From contig NZ_CP045889.1 in assembly GCF_020541225.1 (NCBI RefSeq), positions 1,114,346 through 1,146,345 on the forward strand: DNA of 32,000 nucleotides, read 5' to 3'. Below, piece by piece: positions 11,466 through 22,712 of this stretch. Numbering within the stretch: the first letter of the stretch is position 1; the number at the start of each line of letters is the position of its first letter. Made by a program: the position numbers and the translations under genes. Under the pieces are notes generated by a model, which was given only the letters and a program-made list of their open reading frames with translations, did no database searches and was not told where the DNA came from. This DNA comes from Candidatus Steffania adelgidicola. Its GTDB lineage: Bacteria; Pseudomonadota; Gammaproteobacteria; Enterobacterales; Enterobacteriaceae.

Positions 11466-12428
11466 ATGACCACTCCTGCTTTTATTATTACTATAGATAC
11501 AGAAGGAGATACCCTCTTTCAAAACCATCATATCACCACTAAGAATGCTCGTTTTCTTCCACGCTTCCAGCGTTTATGTGAAAAGTATTGCTTCAAGCCG
11601 GTTTATCTCACTAATTACGAAATGACAATAGATGATGCATTTATCGATTTTGCTCGAGATCTTATAGCGCGCGATAGCGCAGAAATCGGAATGCATCTTC
11701 ATGCTTGGAATAGCCCTCCAAGTTATGATCTTACTGGAAACGATGGACGATATAAACCGTACCTAATTGAATATCCTCAAGCCATTATGCAAGAAAAAAT
11801 TTTATTTATGACGAAACATCTAGAAGACACTTTTCAGAAAAAAATGCTGAGTCATCGCGCTGGCCGATGGGCATTTAACGAATGCTATGCTCATATGCTA
11901 CTTGCGTTAGGCTATCAAGTAGATTGTTCCGTTACCCCTCGAGTAGATTGGCGTCACTCTCCCGGCTCACCTACAGGGTCAGGTGGAAGTAATTATCGTC
12001 ATTTCCCAGATCATGCCTATTTTATCGATCTTAACAATATTGTACGTCCAGGAAATTCAAAACTTCTAGAAGTTCCGATGACTACCCGTGACAAACATTC
12101 CCCATGGATGAATGCAATCAGTCAAAGTTACGATCGCCTACGTGGAAAAAAACGAGGCCCCTCGGTTCAATGGCTCAGGCCTACTGGTGATAATGCTATA
12201 AAAATGTGCCAAATTGCAGAAAAAAGCCTAGCCTCTGGGAGTGATTATATTGAATTTATGTTACATTCATTTGAATTGATGCCAGGCGGCAGTCCGGTTG
12301 CAAAAAATACTGCCGACATTGAAAAATTGTATCGTGATCTAGAACACCTATTCGATTGGGTTCAACAACGGGCAATTGGTATCACTCTAGCGCAATATTA
12401 TCAGCAGCGATTACATCAGTTGATGTAA
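11466..12428 (+). CDS. Polysaccharide-deacetylase-like protein (WabN/WalW-like LPS core deacetylase candidate)
   Basis: The 320-aa ORF begins FIITIDTEGD and has a later GMHLHAW histidine motif. I recognise this pattern from the WalW / polysaccharide deacetylase family. It sits between a GT4 gene and waaL. The family call is from memory and was not searched. Confidence 0.5.
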   Translation: MTTPAFIITIDTEGDTLFQNHHITTKNARFLPRFQRLCEKYCFKPVYLTNYEMTIDDAFIDFARDLIARDSAEIGMHLHAWNSPPSYDLTGNDGRYKPYLIEYPQAIMQEKILFMTKHLEDTFQKKMLSHRAGRWAFNECYAHMLLALGYQVDCSVTPRVDWRHSPGSPTGSGGSNYRHFPDHAYFIDLNNIVRPGNSKLLEVPMTTRDKHSPWMNAISQSYDRLRGKKRGPSVQWLRPTGDNAIKMCQIAEKSLASGSDYIEFMLHSFELMPGGSPVAKNTADIEKLYRDLEHLFDWVQQRAIGITLAQYYQQRLHQLM

Positions 12429-13587
12429 TCGACGGCAACGTTAGTAATACTGATACCGGAAACCAAAATATATTCCAGGAAACACCGGGATTGCTGATAA
12501 TAAACATGCCCTGGGTAATGTAAAAACCTGTCGTAAAAAGAAATATCGCTCCTTCTAGCTCCTGGTTAAAAGAAATGTGCTTTCTAACCATAAAAAATCC
12601 ATATATCATTACTAGCATAAGCAGAAGCAGACCGAATAAACCACCTTTTAACAAGGCTGAAAAATATAGACTATGAGTAGTAGTGATCTTATCGCCAATT
12701 AGATTGGTAAACGAAAGCTGTTTCTCTAGACCCCAACCAAAAAAAGGTTTTTGCGACGTCATCTCTAGCGTATAGCGCCAGATTCCAAAACGAATAAAAC
12801 TTTGCTGATAGCTGTTTGCAATACGTTGAAAAACTATATCACCCCAACGGGTTATATAGAACAACATCACCACCCCACCTCCCAGTAAAGTAAATTTTAA
12901 GAGATGAAACTCTCGCTTTATTAATTGTAAGAACACCAGAACAACCATAGAAGCGACAAAAGCGAGTAAGGGACCCCGACTTTGCGTCAGAAGGAGTGCT
13001 AACAATAGCAGAGAGATAGGAAAATAGAGCCATCTGATGCCAGTCTCACGTATAATTATCAAAAAAACAAAAATACCTAAAGAGAAATAACCTGCCAAAT
13101 CAATAACATTAGATGGAGCGCCGAAGAAACCATCCTGCATACGATTACTTAGTATTGTATTTAAATTGATTGAAAAAAAAGTTAATCCCACTAACGTCAG
13201 CATCCCTGAAGCCATGGCCCATAGTACACTCAATCGACGGCCATAAAGGGTCATTATCCGAAACATAAGTATAAACAATAGTAAATAGAGAGCATGAATG
13301 ATTTCAGAAAGGAATAACTGAAAATTGAAGGGATATAGCGTAGTAAGGGAAAAGTAGCCTAACATCAAAGCAATTATTGATAGCCCTCTATTAAACCGCC
13401 AGTCCTCAAAAAGTCGACTTCGCAGGACTGGATTTGCCACTAGCATGATTAGCAAGCACAGAGAAGAAAAATGAAATAGATTATTAACACGTGTAAAACC
13501 ACAAAAAATAGCGTTGAAAAAAATAAAAAAAAGAAAGGAAACCTGGAATCCTTTAGTAGCATAGTAGCTAATCCTGAAAAGCATCAC
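12382..13587 (-). CDS. waaL: O-antigen ligase family membrane protein (Wzy_C domain)
   Basis: This is a 401-aa polytopic membrane protein. It has the LLLTQSRGPLLAF segment and a later TTHSLYFSALLKGGLFGLLLL segment, which are typical of WaaL/Wzy_C proteins. It is translationally overlapped by the upstream waaZ-like gene. Ligase rather than polymerase is inferred from the core-gene context. Confidence 0.65.
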   Translation of the reverse strand: MMLFRISYYATKGFQVSFLFFIFFNAIFCGFTRVNNLFHFSSLCLLIMLVANPVLRSRLFEDWRFNRGLSIIALMLGYFSLTTLYPFNFQLFLSEIIHALYLLLFILMFRIMTLYGRRLSVLWAMASGMLTLVGLTFFSINLNTILSNRMQDGFFGAPSNVIDLAGYFSLGIFVFLIIIRETGIRWLYFPISLLLLALLLTQSRGPLLAFVASMVVLVFLQLIKREFHLLKFTLLGGGVVMLFYITRWGDIVFQRIANSYQQSFIRFGIWRYTLEMTSQKPFFGWGLEKQLSFTNLIGDKITTTHSLYFSALLKGGLFGLLLLMLVMIYGFFMVRKHISFNQELEGAIFLFTTGFYITQGMFIISNPGVSWNIFWFPVSVLLTLPSITSTDVIAADNIALE

Positions 13588-14464
13588 GAATACTCACCTT
13601 TTCAAAAATATCATTACTTAATGCACTATATAATGAAAGGTTTTTTACCCTTATCCCTTTCTCTTTTAATACTTCTCCAGCCAGCGTAAAAGCGGGAACG
13701 ATGAGTGATTTAAATTTTTTTTCCAGAGATGACGGCATCTTATTGGAATCGCTTTCATAAAAACGTGGCTGATGAAAATTTGTCATATCCAGGCCAGCAA
13801 GATAAAAACGTGTGAATCCTAAAAACAGTAAAATCTGTAATGCCCAGAACACCACCGTGCCTGCATCAAATACACCACTACGTATATCAGTGGTGAAAGC
13901 AATATTGGGGTTTTCTGAACTTAAGTAGATGTGTGGCTCTTTGGAAAAGAGATATCTAATATCATTCAGAGATACTCTAGGTTGATAAATGCGATAACAG
14001 GCGTCTTCAATTAACGCTAACTGACAGCGTACTGCTTCCAGTGTAAAACGGTCGATAATCCGAACAATACCATGCAAAGTCGTAAATAAAATCAATTCTG
14101 AATCAGCGATAATTTCTTTTAAAATATCAGCACGTTTATCCATAAAACTCATATCTACGATAATATATAGTTGAAAATTTAGGCGCTCTTTCAGCGTATA
14201 GGCCCCATTAACTCCCAACACAGTCATCGCAGGCATAGCAGTAAAATCCATGGACTTAATTGAGGGACCAGTTGCGGTAACAAGTACATCGCCACTAAAA
14301 TGATTATTCCAATTAAGTAATGGAACCAACTTCCCCTTATAGCATAGTTGAATAATCTCACCTTTTGAAGCACGAGTAATTTGGCAAAATGGCCAAAGAT
14401 TCTCATTATGCCGATAGGTACGCGGTCGCGTATAGCGATAAATTTGCTTAAAAAACGCACTCAT
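13568..14464 (-). CDS. LPS core biosynthesis protein, WaaZ (RfaZ)-like
   Basis: The 298-aa ORF shows ATGPS...GVNG...YIIVDMSF and AGLDMT....RFYES....MPSSL...FK. These mirror the E. coli WaaZ pattern as I recall it (SGPTS...AVNG...YVLTDVRF, SGLDLT....RFYNE....MPSEL...FK). It lies directly upstream of waaL. Confidence 0.5.
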   Translation of the reverse strand: MSAFFKQIYRYTRPRTYRHNENLWPFCQITRASKGEIIQLCYKGKLVPLLNWNNHFSGDVLVTATGPSIKSMDFTAMPAMTVLGVNGAYTLKERLNFQLYIIVDMSFMDKRADILKEIIADSELILFTTLHGIVRIIDRFTLEAVRCQLALIEDACYRIYQPRVSLNDIRYLFSKEPHIYLSSENPNIAFTTDIRSGVFDAGTVVFWALQILLFLGFTRFYLAGLDMTNFHQPRFYESDSNKMPSSLEKKFKSLIVPAFTLAGEVLKEKGIRVKNLSLYSALSNDIFEKVSIRDAFQD

Positions 14465-15927
14465 TTTTCAGTATCCATGCCATAGAATTTAACCTTTCCA
14501 AGGCAGTAAGAGATCCAGAAAATGGACCCCCCCCTCACATTACTTGACGGTTCGTTATTCTCTCAACAGAGTTACCTCTCTCCATGAAATTATAAATTTC
14601 AACCAATTTTATCAAAAAATACTTCTTTAGATTCAATAAAGAATAATGGTGTATAAATATATTATAGGATAAGTAATCCCATTACTAATAAATCTTGATC
14701 GAGACCATGCTTGATTGTATATTTTAAAATATTAGTAATATTTAATCTTCGCATACTATTCATCAATAAGTAGTCATCTTATAAAGCATCTTGATACACT
14801 GATCAAATCACTACATCTAACAATTTTCATACAATTATATTCGCATTAATATTTATTAATGACATACTGAACTCCGAATACAAGAGATCGAATTTATGCT
14901 TTCTTTTTTCATAAAGTTTTCATAAACTCCAAAATGAATTATGAATAATAATTTCCCCTATTCAGTCACTTCTCGATAAAAAATAGATAGTGATGAGAAA
15001 TACTTAATTTAGATCGCAAAAGAAATATAGTGAATTTGGCTAAAGGTGGATTTTACAGAAAGAAACAAAAAAATCATCAGGTTACGTGATTCATGTGGAT
15101 GAAAAGGCAACATTGTAAGGTTATATTTAATGTTTTAAACGCTTGTTTCACGACAACACAAAAGCAATATATAGTGCTTTTATATTTAAAGAATATGAAA
15201 ACCGTATATAACTTCTAGAAAATCATTTAGAGAGTGAAAAGTATTGTATGCCAGGCAATAATCACGATTATGTCGAATCGGTAAGAATAGTGTCTATAAA
15301 TAAAATATACTATGGATATCATCTTTAATATCACATTATTTGATTGTATCCATGCAAATAAATCAAACTTATTAATTTTTATAAATAACACATTACTTTT
15401 ATATGAATTACAGCAGAGAACTGTGCTTCTCTCTATAGATAGCTCATAATCATAGTTCATTCTCAGGGATTTTCCTTTATCACTATAAGTCATACATCAG
15501 GCTGAACAATGAAGATGGATAAAATGATGGTTAACTGTATAGCATATTGATTTTTTATAACTACAATTTATAGAAGATAAACGATTCTGGACTATCTCCC
15601 TAACAACGACAGAAACATGATAAAAAATCTCATAACATTGATTCTAAGTACCTAGCAAAGTCGCCTATGACTCATGGATTAAACTTACGCAGTAATAGAC
15701 ATAAGTCGAAAATAAAAAAAAGATATCTGTTGTAATCATAAGATTCTGTACTGAACCTATAGAATATACTTCGCATATGATGCGATACTAAATCAACATC
15801 ACTTAACGTTTATTGCAACACACTCCTATACTCCGACTTTAATCTCTTAGGACTAAAGGAAATTTGCATAACCATCGCTGGGTACGCAAAATGGTATTTT
15901 CATTTTTGTGTCTTTCTGGAAACGCTT

Positions 15928-16512
15928 ATGACCCAAAGCCATTTTTTTGCCCATCTGTCACGATTAAAACTTATTAACCGCTGGCCGCTAATGCGTAATA
16001 TACATATCGAAAATGTCTCGGAGCATAGTCTTCAGGTAGCATTTGTAGCACATGTTTTAGCGCTGATTAACAATCGTTTGTTCGGTGGGAACCTGAATGC
16101 TGAGCGCATCGCGATACTAGGGATGTATCATGACGCTAGTGAAGTGTTCACTGGGGATATGCCGACACCTATTAAATATTATAATACCCAAATTACTCAT
16201 GTATATAAAAATATTGAGAAAATCGCGCAACAAAAACTAATCGATATGATGCCTGAAGTTCTACGAGAAGATTTCCGCTTTCTTATCGATGATCGATATT
16301 ATCTACCGGAAGAAAAATCTATCATTAAGCAGGCTGACGCCTTATGTGCATACCTGAAGTGTCTGGAAGAGATTTCCGCCGGTAATACTGAATTCACCCC
16401 GGCGATATCACGTCTTAAACAGACCTTAAAAGAACGACGTACCCCAGCAATGGACTATTTTAGGAATGTGTTTATTCTAAGCTTTAGTCTTTCGCTAGAT
16501 GACATGAGCTAA
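15928..16512 (+). CDS. yfbR: 5'-deoxynucleotidase (HD domain)
   Basis: [24 protein letters not shown]...[25 protein letters not shown] matches E. coli YfbR almost residue for residue at the N-terminus. Confidence 0.92.
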   Translation: MTQSHFFAHLSRLKLINRWPLMRNIHIENVSEHSLQVAFVAHVLALINNRLFGGNLNAERIAILGMYHDASEVFTGDMPTPIKYYNTQITHVYKNIEKIAQQKLIDMMPEVLREDFRFLIDDRYYLPEEKSIIKQADALCAYLKCLEEISAGNTEFTPAISRLKQTLKERRTPAMDYFRNVFILSFSLSLDDMS

Positions 16513-16829
16513 AATTAGATAGTGATTTATGTTACAATCTTCTTACATGGAACACTTTTTCAGATCGAAGATAAACTACAAATTTCTTATTATTCTTTCA
16601 TGCTTAATAGATAAGCATAAAAACAATCGGTACAGAGCAGACAAGCAAGTTTACAAATGCAATACAAGGTTATTTTTAGGGAAATATAAAAAATTTCAGT
16701 CTATCGAAAGAAACGAAAAGATAGTGTCATTCAAATTTTCTTTAAAAATTATTAAACAAGATGACATTTTAACTTAACTGATAACATAAAATTAGTATCG
16801 GATCTTATGGATCAATGCATGAAGTGTAA

Positions 16830-16906
16830 TGGTGCGTCCTACTGGACTCGAACCAGTAACCTACGGCTTAGAAGGCCGTTGCTCTATCCAACTGAGCTAA
16901 GGACGC
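16830..16906 (-). tRNA. argU: tRNA-Arg (anticodon UCU)
   Basis: The reverse complement is GCGTCCTTAGCTCAGTTGGATAGAGCAACGGCCTTCTAAGCCGTAGGTTACTGGTTCGAGTCCAGTAGGACGCACCA. It forms a cloverleaf with a 7-bp acceptor stem, anticodon loop CTTCTAA, T-arm CTGGTTCGAGTCCAG and encoded CCA. It is close to E. coli argU. Confidence 0.93.
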
Positions 16907-17103
16907 AATAACATTTTCATTTACGTTCGTTAATGAAGTGTGGATTATACGGAGGCAAACGATTCAGTCAATAACTTTTCTTTTCATGGATATTTAGTGC
17001 AGTATTAGAATGCATTCTATACCTGACAGCCAGGTATTCTTCTGCCAAAATATCGCCCTCAGCTTAATAAAATTTAAATTACATTGACGGATTTTCAATT
17101 CAG

Positions 17104-17961
17104 ATGGTAGCAAAAATAATTGATGGTAAAACCATTGCTCAACAGATTAACAATGAAATAGCCAAGCGCATTCAAGAACGTTTAAAATTAGGTAAGCGCG
17201 CACCGGGATTAGCAGTAGTGCTTGTCGGAAGCGATCCCGCCTCAAAAATTTATGTTTCCAGCAAGCGAAAAGCCTGTTCGGAGCTCTCTTTCTTCTCGCT
17301 TTCCTATGATCTTTCCAGTATGGTTACGCAAACGGAATTACTGGCGCTCATTGACCGTTTAAACGCCGACCATCGCATAGATGGTATTTTAGTGCAACTT
17401 CCCTTACCAGCAGGAATTGATAATCTTAGCATACTGGAGCGTATTGTACCGGATAAAGATGTCGATGGTTTTCATCCTTATAATGTCGGTCGACTGTGTC
17501 AGCGTGCACCGCTTCTTCGTCCCTGCACCCCACGGGGTATCCTAACGCTGCTCGAATATTATCGAATCGATATAATCGGTTTAAACGCTGTTGTAGTTGG
17601 TGCCTCTAATATCGTTGGTCGTCCCATGAGTCTTGAACTATTGTTGGCAGGCTGTACTGTAACTATTACCCACCGTTTTACCCGAGACTTGCGGCGCCAT
17701 ATCGAAAATGCCGATCTACTCGCAGTAGCGGTAGGTAAAGCGGGATTTATTCCTGGAGAATGGATTAAACCCGGCGCAGTGGTTATTGATATAGGCATCA
17801 ATCGTCTAAAAAACGGTAAAGTTGTCGGTGACATAGACTATGAAAGTGCCTCCGATCGCGCTGCTTATATCACTCCAGTACCCGGCGGTGTAGGTCCGAT
17901 GACGGTAGCCATGCTGCTTCACAATACCCTACAAGCTTGTGAGAATTATCACGATATATGA
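17104..17961 (+). CDS. folD: Bifunctional 5,10-methylene-THF dehydrogenase / methenyl-THF cyclohydrolase
   Basis: The 285-aa ORF begins [14 protein letters not shown] and carries [27 protein letters not shown] and [13 protein letters not shown]. It is colinear with E. coli FolD. Confidence 0.95.
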   Translation: MVAKIIDGKTIAQQINNEIAKRIQERLKLGKRAPGLAVVLVGSDPASKIYVSSKRKACSELSFFSLSYDLSSMVTQTELLALIDRLNADHRIDGILVQLPLPAGIDNLSILERIVPDKDVDGFHPYNVGRLCQRAPLLRPCTPRGILTLLEYYRIDIIGLNAVVVGASNIVGRPMSLELLLAGCTVTITHRFTRDLRRHIENADLLAVAVGKAGFIPGEWIKPGAVVIDIGINRLKNGKVVGDIDYESASDRAAYITPVPGGVGPMTVAMLLHNTLQACENYHDI

Positions 17962-18003
17962 TATTCATCAAAATATTTTTCTGAAAGCTAACCTTGGAAG
18001 AGA

Positions 18004-19392
18004 TTACCTTTTCATGCTTCCCAGCATCTCTTCTGGCCTGACCCATTCATTAAACTCTTCTTCTGTTACATAACCTAACTGTAGAGCTGCTACCTTTAAT
18101 GTCAGCCCCTCTTTATGAGATTTTTTTGCAATTTCAGCGGCTTTATCATAACCAATCTTAGCATTTAACGCCGTTACTAGCATAAGTGATTCATGCAGTA
18201 AATAATCTATACGGTCACGATTTGGTTCAATCCCTATCGCGCAGTAATGATTAAAACTATTGATACCATCTGCTAAGAGGCGTACTGATTGTAAAAAATT
18301 ATAGATGATCATGGGGCGGTAAACATTTAACTGAAAATTACCGGACGCCCCCCCGATATTCACCGCCGTATCATTACCCATAACCTGACAACAGAGCATC
18401 GTTATCGCTTCACACTGGGTCGGATTCACTTTACCTGGCATGATAGAACTACCTGGTTCGTTTTCTGGAATCCTTATCTCACCTATACCACAACGTGGCC
18501 CGGAAGCAAGCCAACGAATATCGTTGGCTATTTTCATCATCGATGCTGCTAGTCCTTTCAATGTTCCATGCCCGTACACCAAGGCATCGCAGGTCGCTAG
18601 AGATTCAAATTTGTTTGGCGCGCTGATAAATGGCTGTCCAATTAGTTCTGCTAATGCGTTTGCTACGCGAACCGCATACTCTGGATGAGTATTAAGACCA
18701 GTTCCTACCGCAGTGCCACCCAGAGCTAACTCGCACAAATGCGGAATAGTTTGCTTAATATGGCACTCGCTGTGTTCAAGCATTGCCACCCAACCCGATA
18801 TTTCCTGACCCAGTGTTAGAGGCGTAGCATCCTGAAGATGGGTTCGACCAATTTTTATGATATCACAAAAGTCTTTAGCTTTAATGGTTAAGGTATTCTT
18901 TAATAGTGCTATATTTGGTAGCAAATGTTCCTGCAAAGCAATAACTGAAGCAATATGCATAGCCGTTGGAAAAACATCGTTAGAACTTTGGCTTTTATTT
19001 ACATCATCATTAGGATGTACCAAGCGCCCATTCCCACCTAACAGCGCGTTGGCGCGGTTGGCTAACACTTCGTTCATGTTCATATTTGTTTGAGTGCCTG
19101 ATCCGGTCTGCCAAATAGACAATGGAAATTCACTCTGATATTTACCACTGAGAACTTCATCCGCAGCACAGATAATAGCTTGAGCATACCTAGCGTCAAG
19201 CAGACCCAGATCCTGATTAACTGCTGCTGCGACACGCTTAATTTGTGCCAGGGCCCTAATAAATTCAGGAGGCATCTTTTCGCTGGAAATCCGAAAATGC
19301 TTGAGAGAGCGCTGTGTTTGGGCACCCCAAAGATGATCTTCTGAGACACTAATTATCCCCATTGAATCTTTTTCAACACGAGTGATTTCCAT
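18004..19392 (-). CDS. fumC: Class II fumarate hydratase
   Basis: EKDSMG...[21 protein letters not shown], the [16 protein letters not shown] signature and the C-terminal WVRPE.M.GSMK are colinear with E. coli FumC. I chose the ATG at 19392, preceded by AAGAGGTGATA, rather than the GTG at 19398. Confidence 0.94.
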   Translation of the reverse strand: MEITRVEKDSMGIISVSEDHLWGAQTQRSLKHFRISSEKMPPEFIRALAQIKRVAAAVNQDLGLLDARYAQAIICAADEVLSGKYQSEFPLSIWQTGSGTQTNMNMNEVLANRANALLGGNGRLVHPNDDVNKSQSSNDVFPTAMHIASVIALQEHLLPNIALLKNTLTIKAKDFCDIIKIGRTHLQDATPLTLGQEISGWVAMLEHSECHIKQTIPHLCELALGGTAVGTGLNTHPEYAVRVANALAELIGQPFISAPNKFESLATCDALVYGHGTLKGLAASMMKIANDIRWLASGPRCGIGEIRIPENEPGSSIMPGKVNPTQCEAITMLCCQVMGNDTAVNIGGASGNFQLNVYRPMIIYNFLQSVRLLADGINSFNHYCAIGIEPNRDRIDYLLHESLMLVTALNAKIGYDKAAEIAKKSHKEGLTLKVAALQLGYVTEEEFNEWVRPEEMLGSMKR

Positions 19393-19529
19393 TATCACCT
19401 CTTAATATTTATTTTCTGCTTAATAAGCATATCCATTACAGAATGAAATTCTGCTGCGCTATTTTCCACATACCTCAAATACAACATCTATTAGATATGT
19501 ATCAAATCTTCATTTTTTAACTATATGAC

Positions 19530-19573
19530 AACGCCATCTCAAGCTCTTCATAAGAAGCGATTGAGATGGCGTT
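19530..19573 (-). terminator. Long stem-loop between tRNA-Glu and fumC (13-bp perfect outer stem AACGCCATCTCAA / TTGAGATGGCGTT plus an inner CTTC/GAAG pairing)
   Basis: The inverted repeat was read directly from the sequence, 57 nt downstream of the tRNA-Glu 3' end on the minus strand. No U-tract follows, so its role as a terminator or insulator is inferred only from position. Confidence 0.35.
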
Positions 19574-19630
19574 GAAGTTATTATCATGGCTTAGGATTTT
19601 AATTTGTATTGAAACTTGACTGGATAGATA

Positions 19631-19706
19631 TGGTGTCCCCTAGGGGGTTCGAACCCCTGTTACTGCCGTGAAAGGGCAGTGTCCTAGACCACTAGACGAA
19701 GGGGAC
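19631..19706 (-). tRNA. gltW: tRNA-Glu (anticodon UUC), rrn spacer-type
   Basis: The reverse complement is GTCCCCTTCGTCTAGTGGTCTAGGACACTGCCCTTTCACGGCAGTAACAGGGGTTCGAACCCCCTAGGGGACACCA. It is nearly identical to E. coli tRNA-Glu2, with anticodon loop CTTTCAC. It lies 54 nt after the 16S 3' end. Confidence 0.95.
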
Positions 19707-19760
19707 ACTAAAGGCATCAGACAATTTGTGTGGACACATCACTTAACGTATCACTTAGGT

Positions 19761-21302
<1,542 letters not shown>

Positions 21303-21425
21303 AAAGCTTGATGCTCAAAGAGATAAAATCGGTATGTGTACATATACCGATTTAGTATTCTTCAAGACTTTAAGTGTTACTTATTGATACTATTTCGTGA
21401 GTGCCCACACAGATTGTCTGATAAA

Positions 21426-21438
21426 TTTTTAAAGAGCA
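21426..21438 (-). promoter_or_regulatory. rrn leader boxA antitermination element
   Basis: The minus strand reads TGCTCTTTAAAAATTTATCAGACAATCTGTGTGGGCACTC. E. coli rrn leaders read TGCTCTTTAACAATTTATCAGACAATCTGTGTGGGCACTC. It lies about 35 nt downstream of the proposed P2 start. Confidence 0.8.
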
Positions 21439-21479
21439 AGATTGAAAATGTTGTCTTTCACACTCCCAAACTTTATATA

Positions 21480-21508
21480 AGTTTAAATCTTCCTGGTATA
21501 CAAGTCAA
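21480..21508 (-). promoter_or_regulatory. Candidate rrn P2 promoter
   Basis: The minus strand has TTGACT (21508-21503), a 17-nt spacer and TAAACT (21485-21480), with an A/T-rich upstream tract. The predicted start is about 170 nt upstream of the mature 16S 5' end, as for E. coli rrn P2. Confidence 0.45.
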
Positions 21509-21591
21509 GCTTTTATTTAATCACATCAACTCTCATTTCATTACTTAACTGATTTAATCGAGTGAATCAGTACAAAAAGTACTGGTTTCAT

Positions 21592-21620
21592 AGTATATGG
21601 ATTTTTTCTTCAGGTAGCAA
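21592..21620 (-). promoter_or_regulatory. Candidate rrn P1 promoter
   Basis: The minus strand has TTGCTA (21620-21615), a 17-nt spacer and TATACT (21597-21592), preceded by AGAATTTTTATAT (UP-like). It lies about 112 bp upstream of P2, similar to the E. coli P1-P2 spacing. Confidence 0.45.
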
Positions 21621-21788
21621 GAGACCTACATATAAAAATTCTAACCATCTAAATATAAAGCAACCGCAATAAAACACACAATGGCAATCCTAAAAAATAC
21701 TAATGGATAATCACATATTGATTTTTGCAGCAACTTTCCTCCCCCGTGATTCTTGTATAAATCCTAATGACTCTAAAAAAGAGTCAAT

Positions 21789-21826
21789 TACTATACTACT
21801 AGTAGTCAACTACTAGTAGTATAGTA
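21789..21826. repeat. Near-perfect 38-bp palindrome (17-bp arms TACTATACTACTAGTAG / CTACTAGTAGTATAGTA, 4-nt spacer TCAA)
   Basis: It was read directly from the sequence. Each arm contains an ACTAGT core. A second small hairpin (GACTCT-AAAAA-AGAGTC, 21769-21785) abuts it. Confidence 0.85.
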
Positions 21827-22000
21827 GTTAATCTTGATTAAAGGCATCCTTACAGTGGTTTAACCTCCAACGTTTCATCAACATATAAAAGAATAGTTTT
21901 ACCAGATGAATTTTACAAAATCATTAACTCTTAAAACTACGCATCCCGTTTTTTAGATATTGTAATTCCTTAGACTAGAGCAGTATTTTTTGGGATCAGC

Positions 22001-22420
22001 ATGGAGGAGCACTTGATTTACATTACGCAACAACATTTTATGTTGATCGCGCTCTTTGCTTATTTGATTGTGATTTACCTTCGTTTTTCAGAAATACATG
22101 CGAGAAAAAACGACTGTATGTGGTTTCTATACATATCCTAAAAATGTAGCGCAGTGCATCTTAATGATTGAATTGGAATTCCAGTTCTTACAAACCTTTT
22201 ACTGCAGGAGGAAGACTCATGACTCTATTCGCCTTTTCCCGTCTGTCATCATATCCATAATAGTAGCAAATTATATTTACTTAATATCTTAACCTTTTCG
22301 TTGAGTTATTAAAAACAAGGAAAACAATCTCAGATATTTTAACAAGACTGATATACAGATAATTACTTTCTTATAGCTTACCAGTAACCTTCTAATAAGG
22401 TACTCATGTGGTCATACATC
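22001..22420 (+). pseudogene. Possible rhodanese-like (YibN-family) gene remnant with frameshift and stops
   Basis: A 46-codon ORF from 22001 gives MEEHLIYITQQHFMLIALFAYLIVIYL..., against E. coli YibN [27 protein letters not shown] as I recall it. Similarity then shifts to the +1 frame: PKNVAQCIL...FYCRRKTHDSIRLFPSVI against ...FRKGHIAGSINLLPSEI. This is a weak by-eye call and the end coordinate is approximate. Confidence 0.3.
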
Positions 22421-22712
22421 TCTCATGTAGTGTAAAACTGATCTTAATAATATCTTATTAAAGATATCCAGGATTCATGATGCCTTATTAAATTTTCTAT
22501 CTCTTCTAAAAATCCGTGCTTCCATCAACTGATAGAGATCACGAGGTGATGAAAACATACCATCTTCCCTAATGAAGATTAAGTAGTCCAATGGCGAATA
22601 CTATACACTAAATCGCTATTTTAGCCTATGAAGACTTGATACGAAGTCAAACCTATCTCGCTCAGAGCGCGCAACCATATTACCCCTTCTCGATTCAGGC
22701 GTAGAAAATTTA

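Noticed and set aside
15227-15493. An 88-aa minus-strand ORF lies in the largest spacer. It could be a remnant of an LPS glycosyltransferase, given the neighbourhood.
   Set aside because: I could not align it to any family from memory. Its composition is typical of random ORFs in AT-rich DNA. It is kept only as part of the spacer finding.
16529-16777. An 82-aa ORF lies between yfbR and tRNA-Arg (MLQSSYMEHFFRSKINYKF...).
   Set aside because: It is lysine- and asparagine-rich AT-driven sequence with no SD, no recognisable domain and no partner genes. I treat it as spacer.
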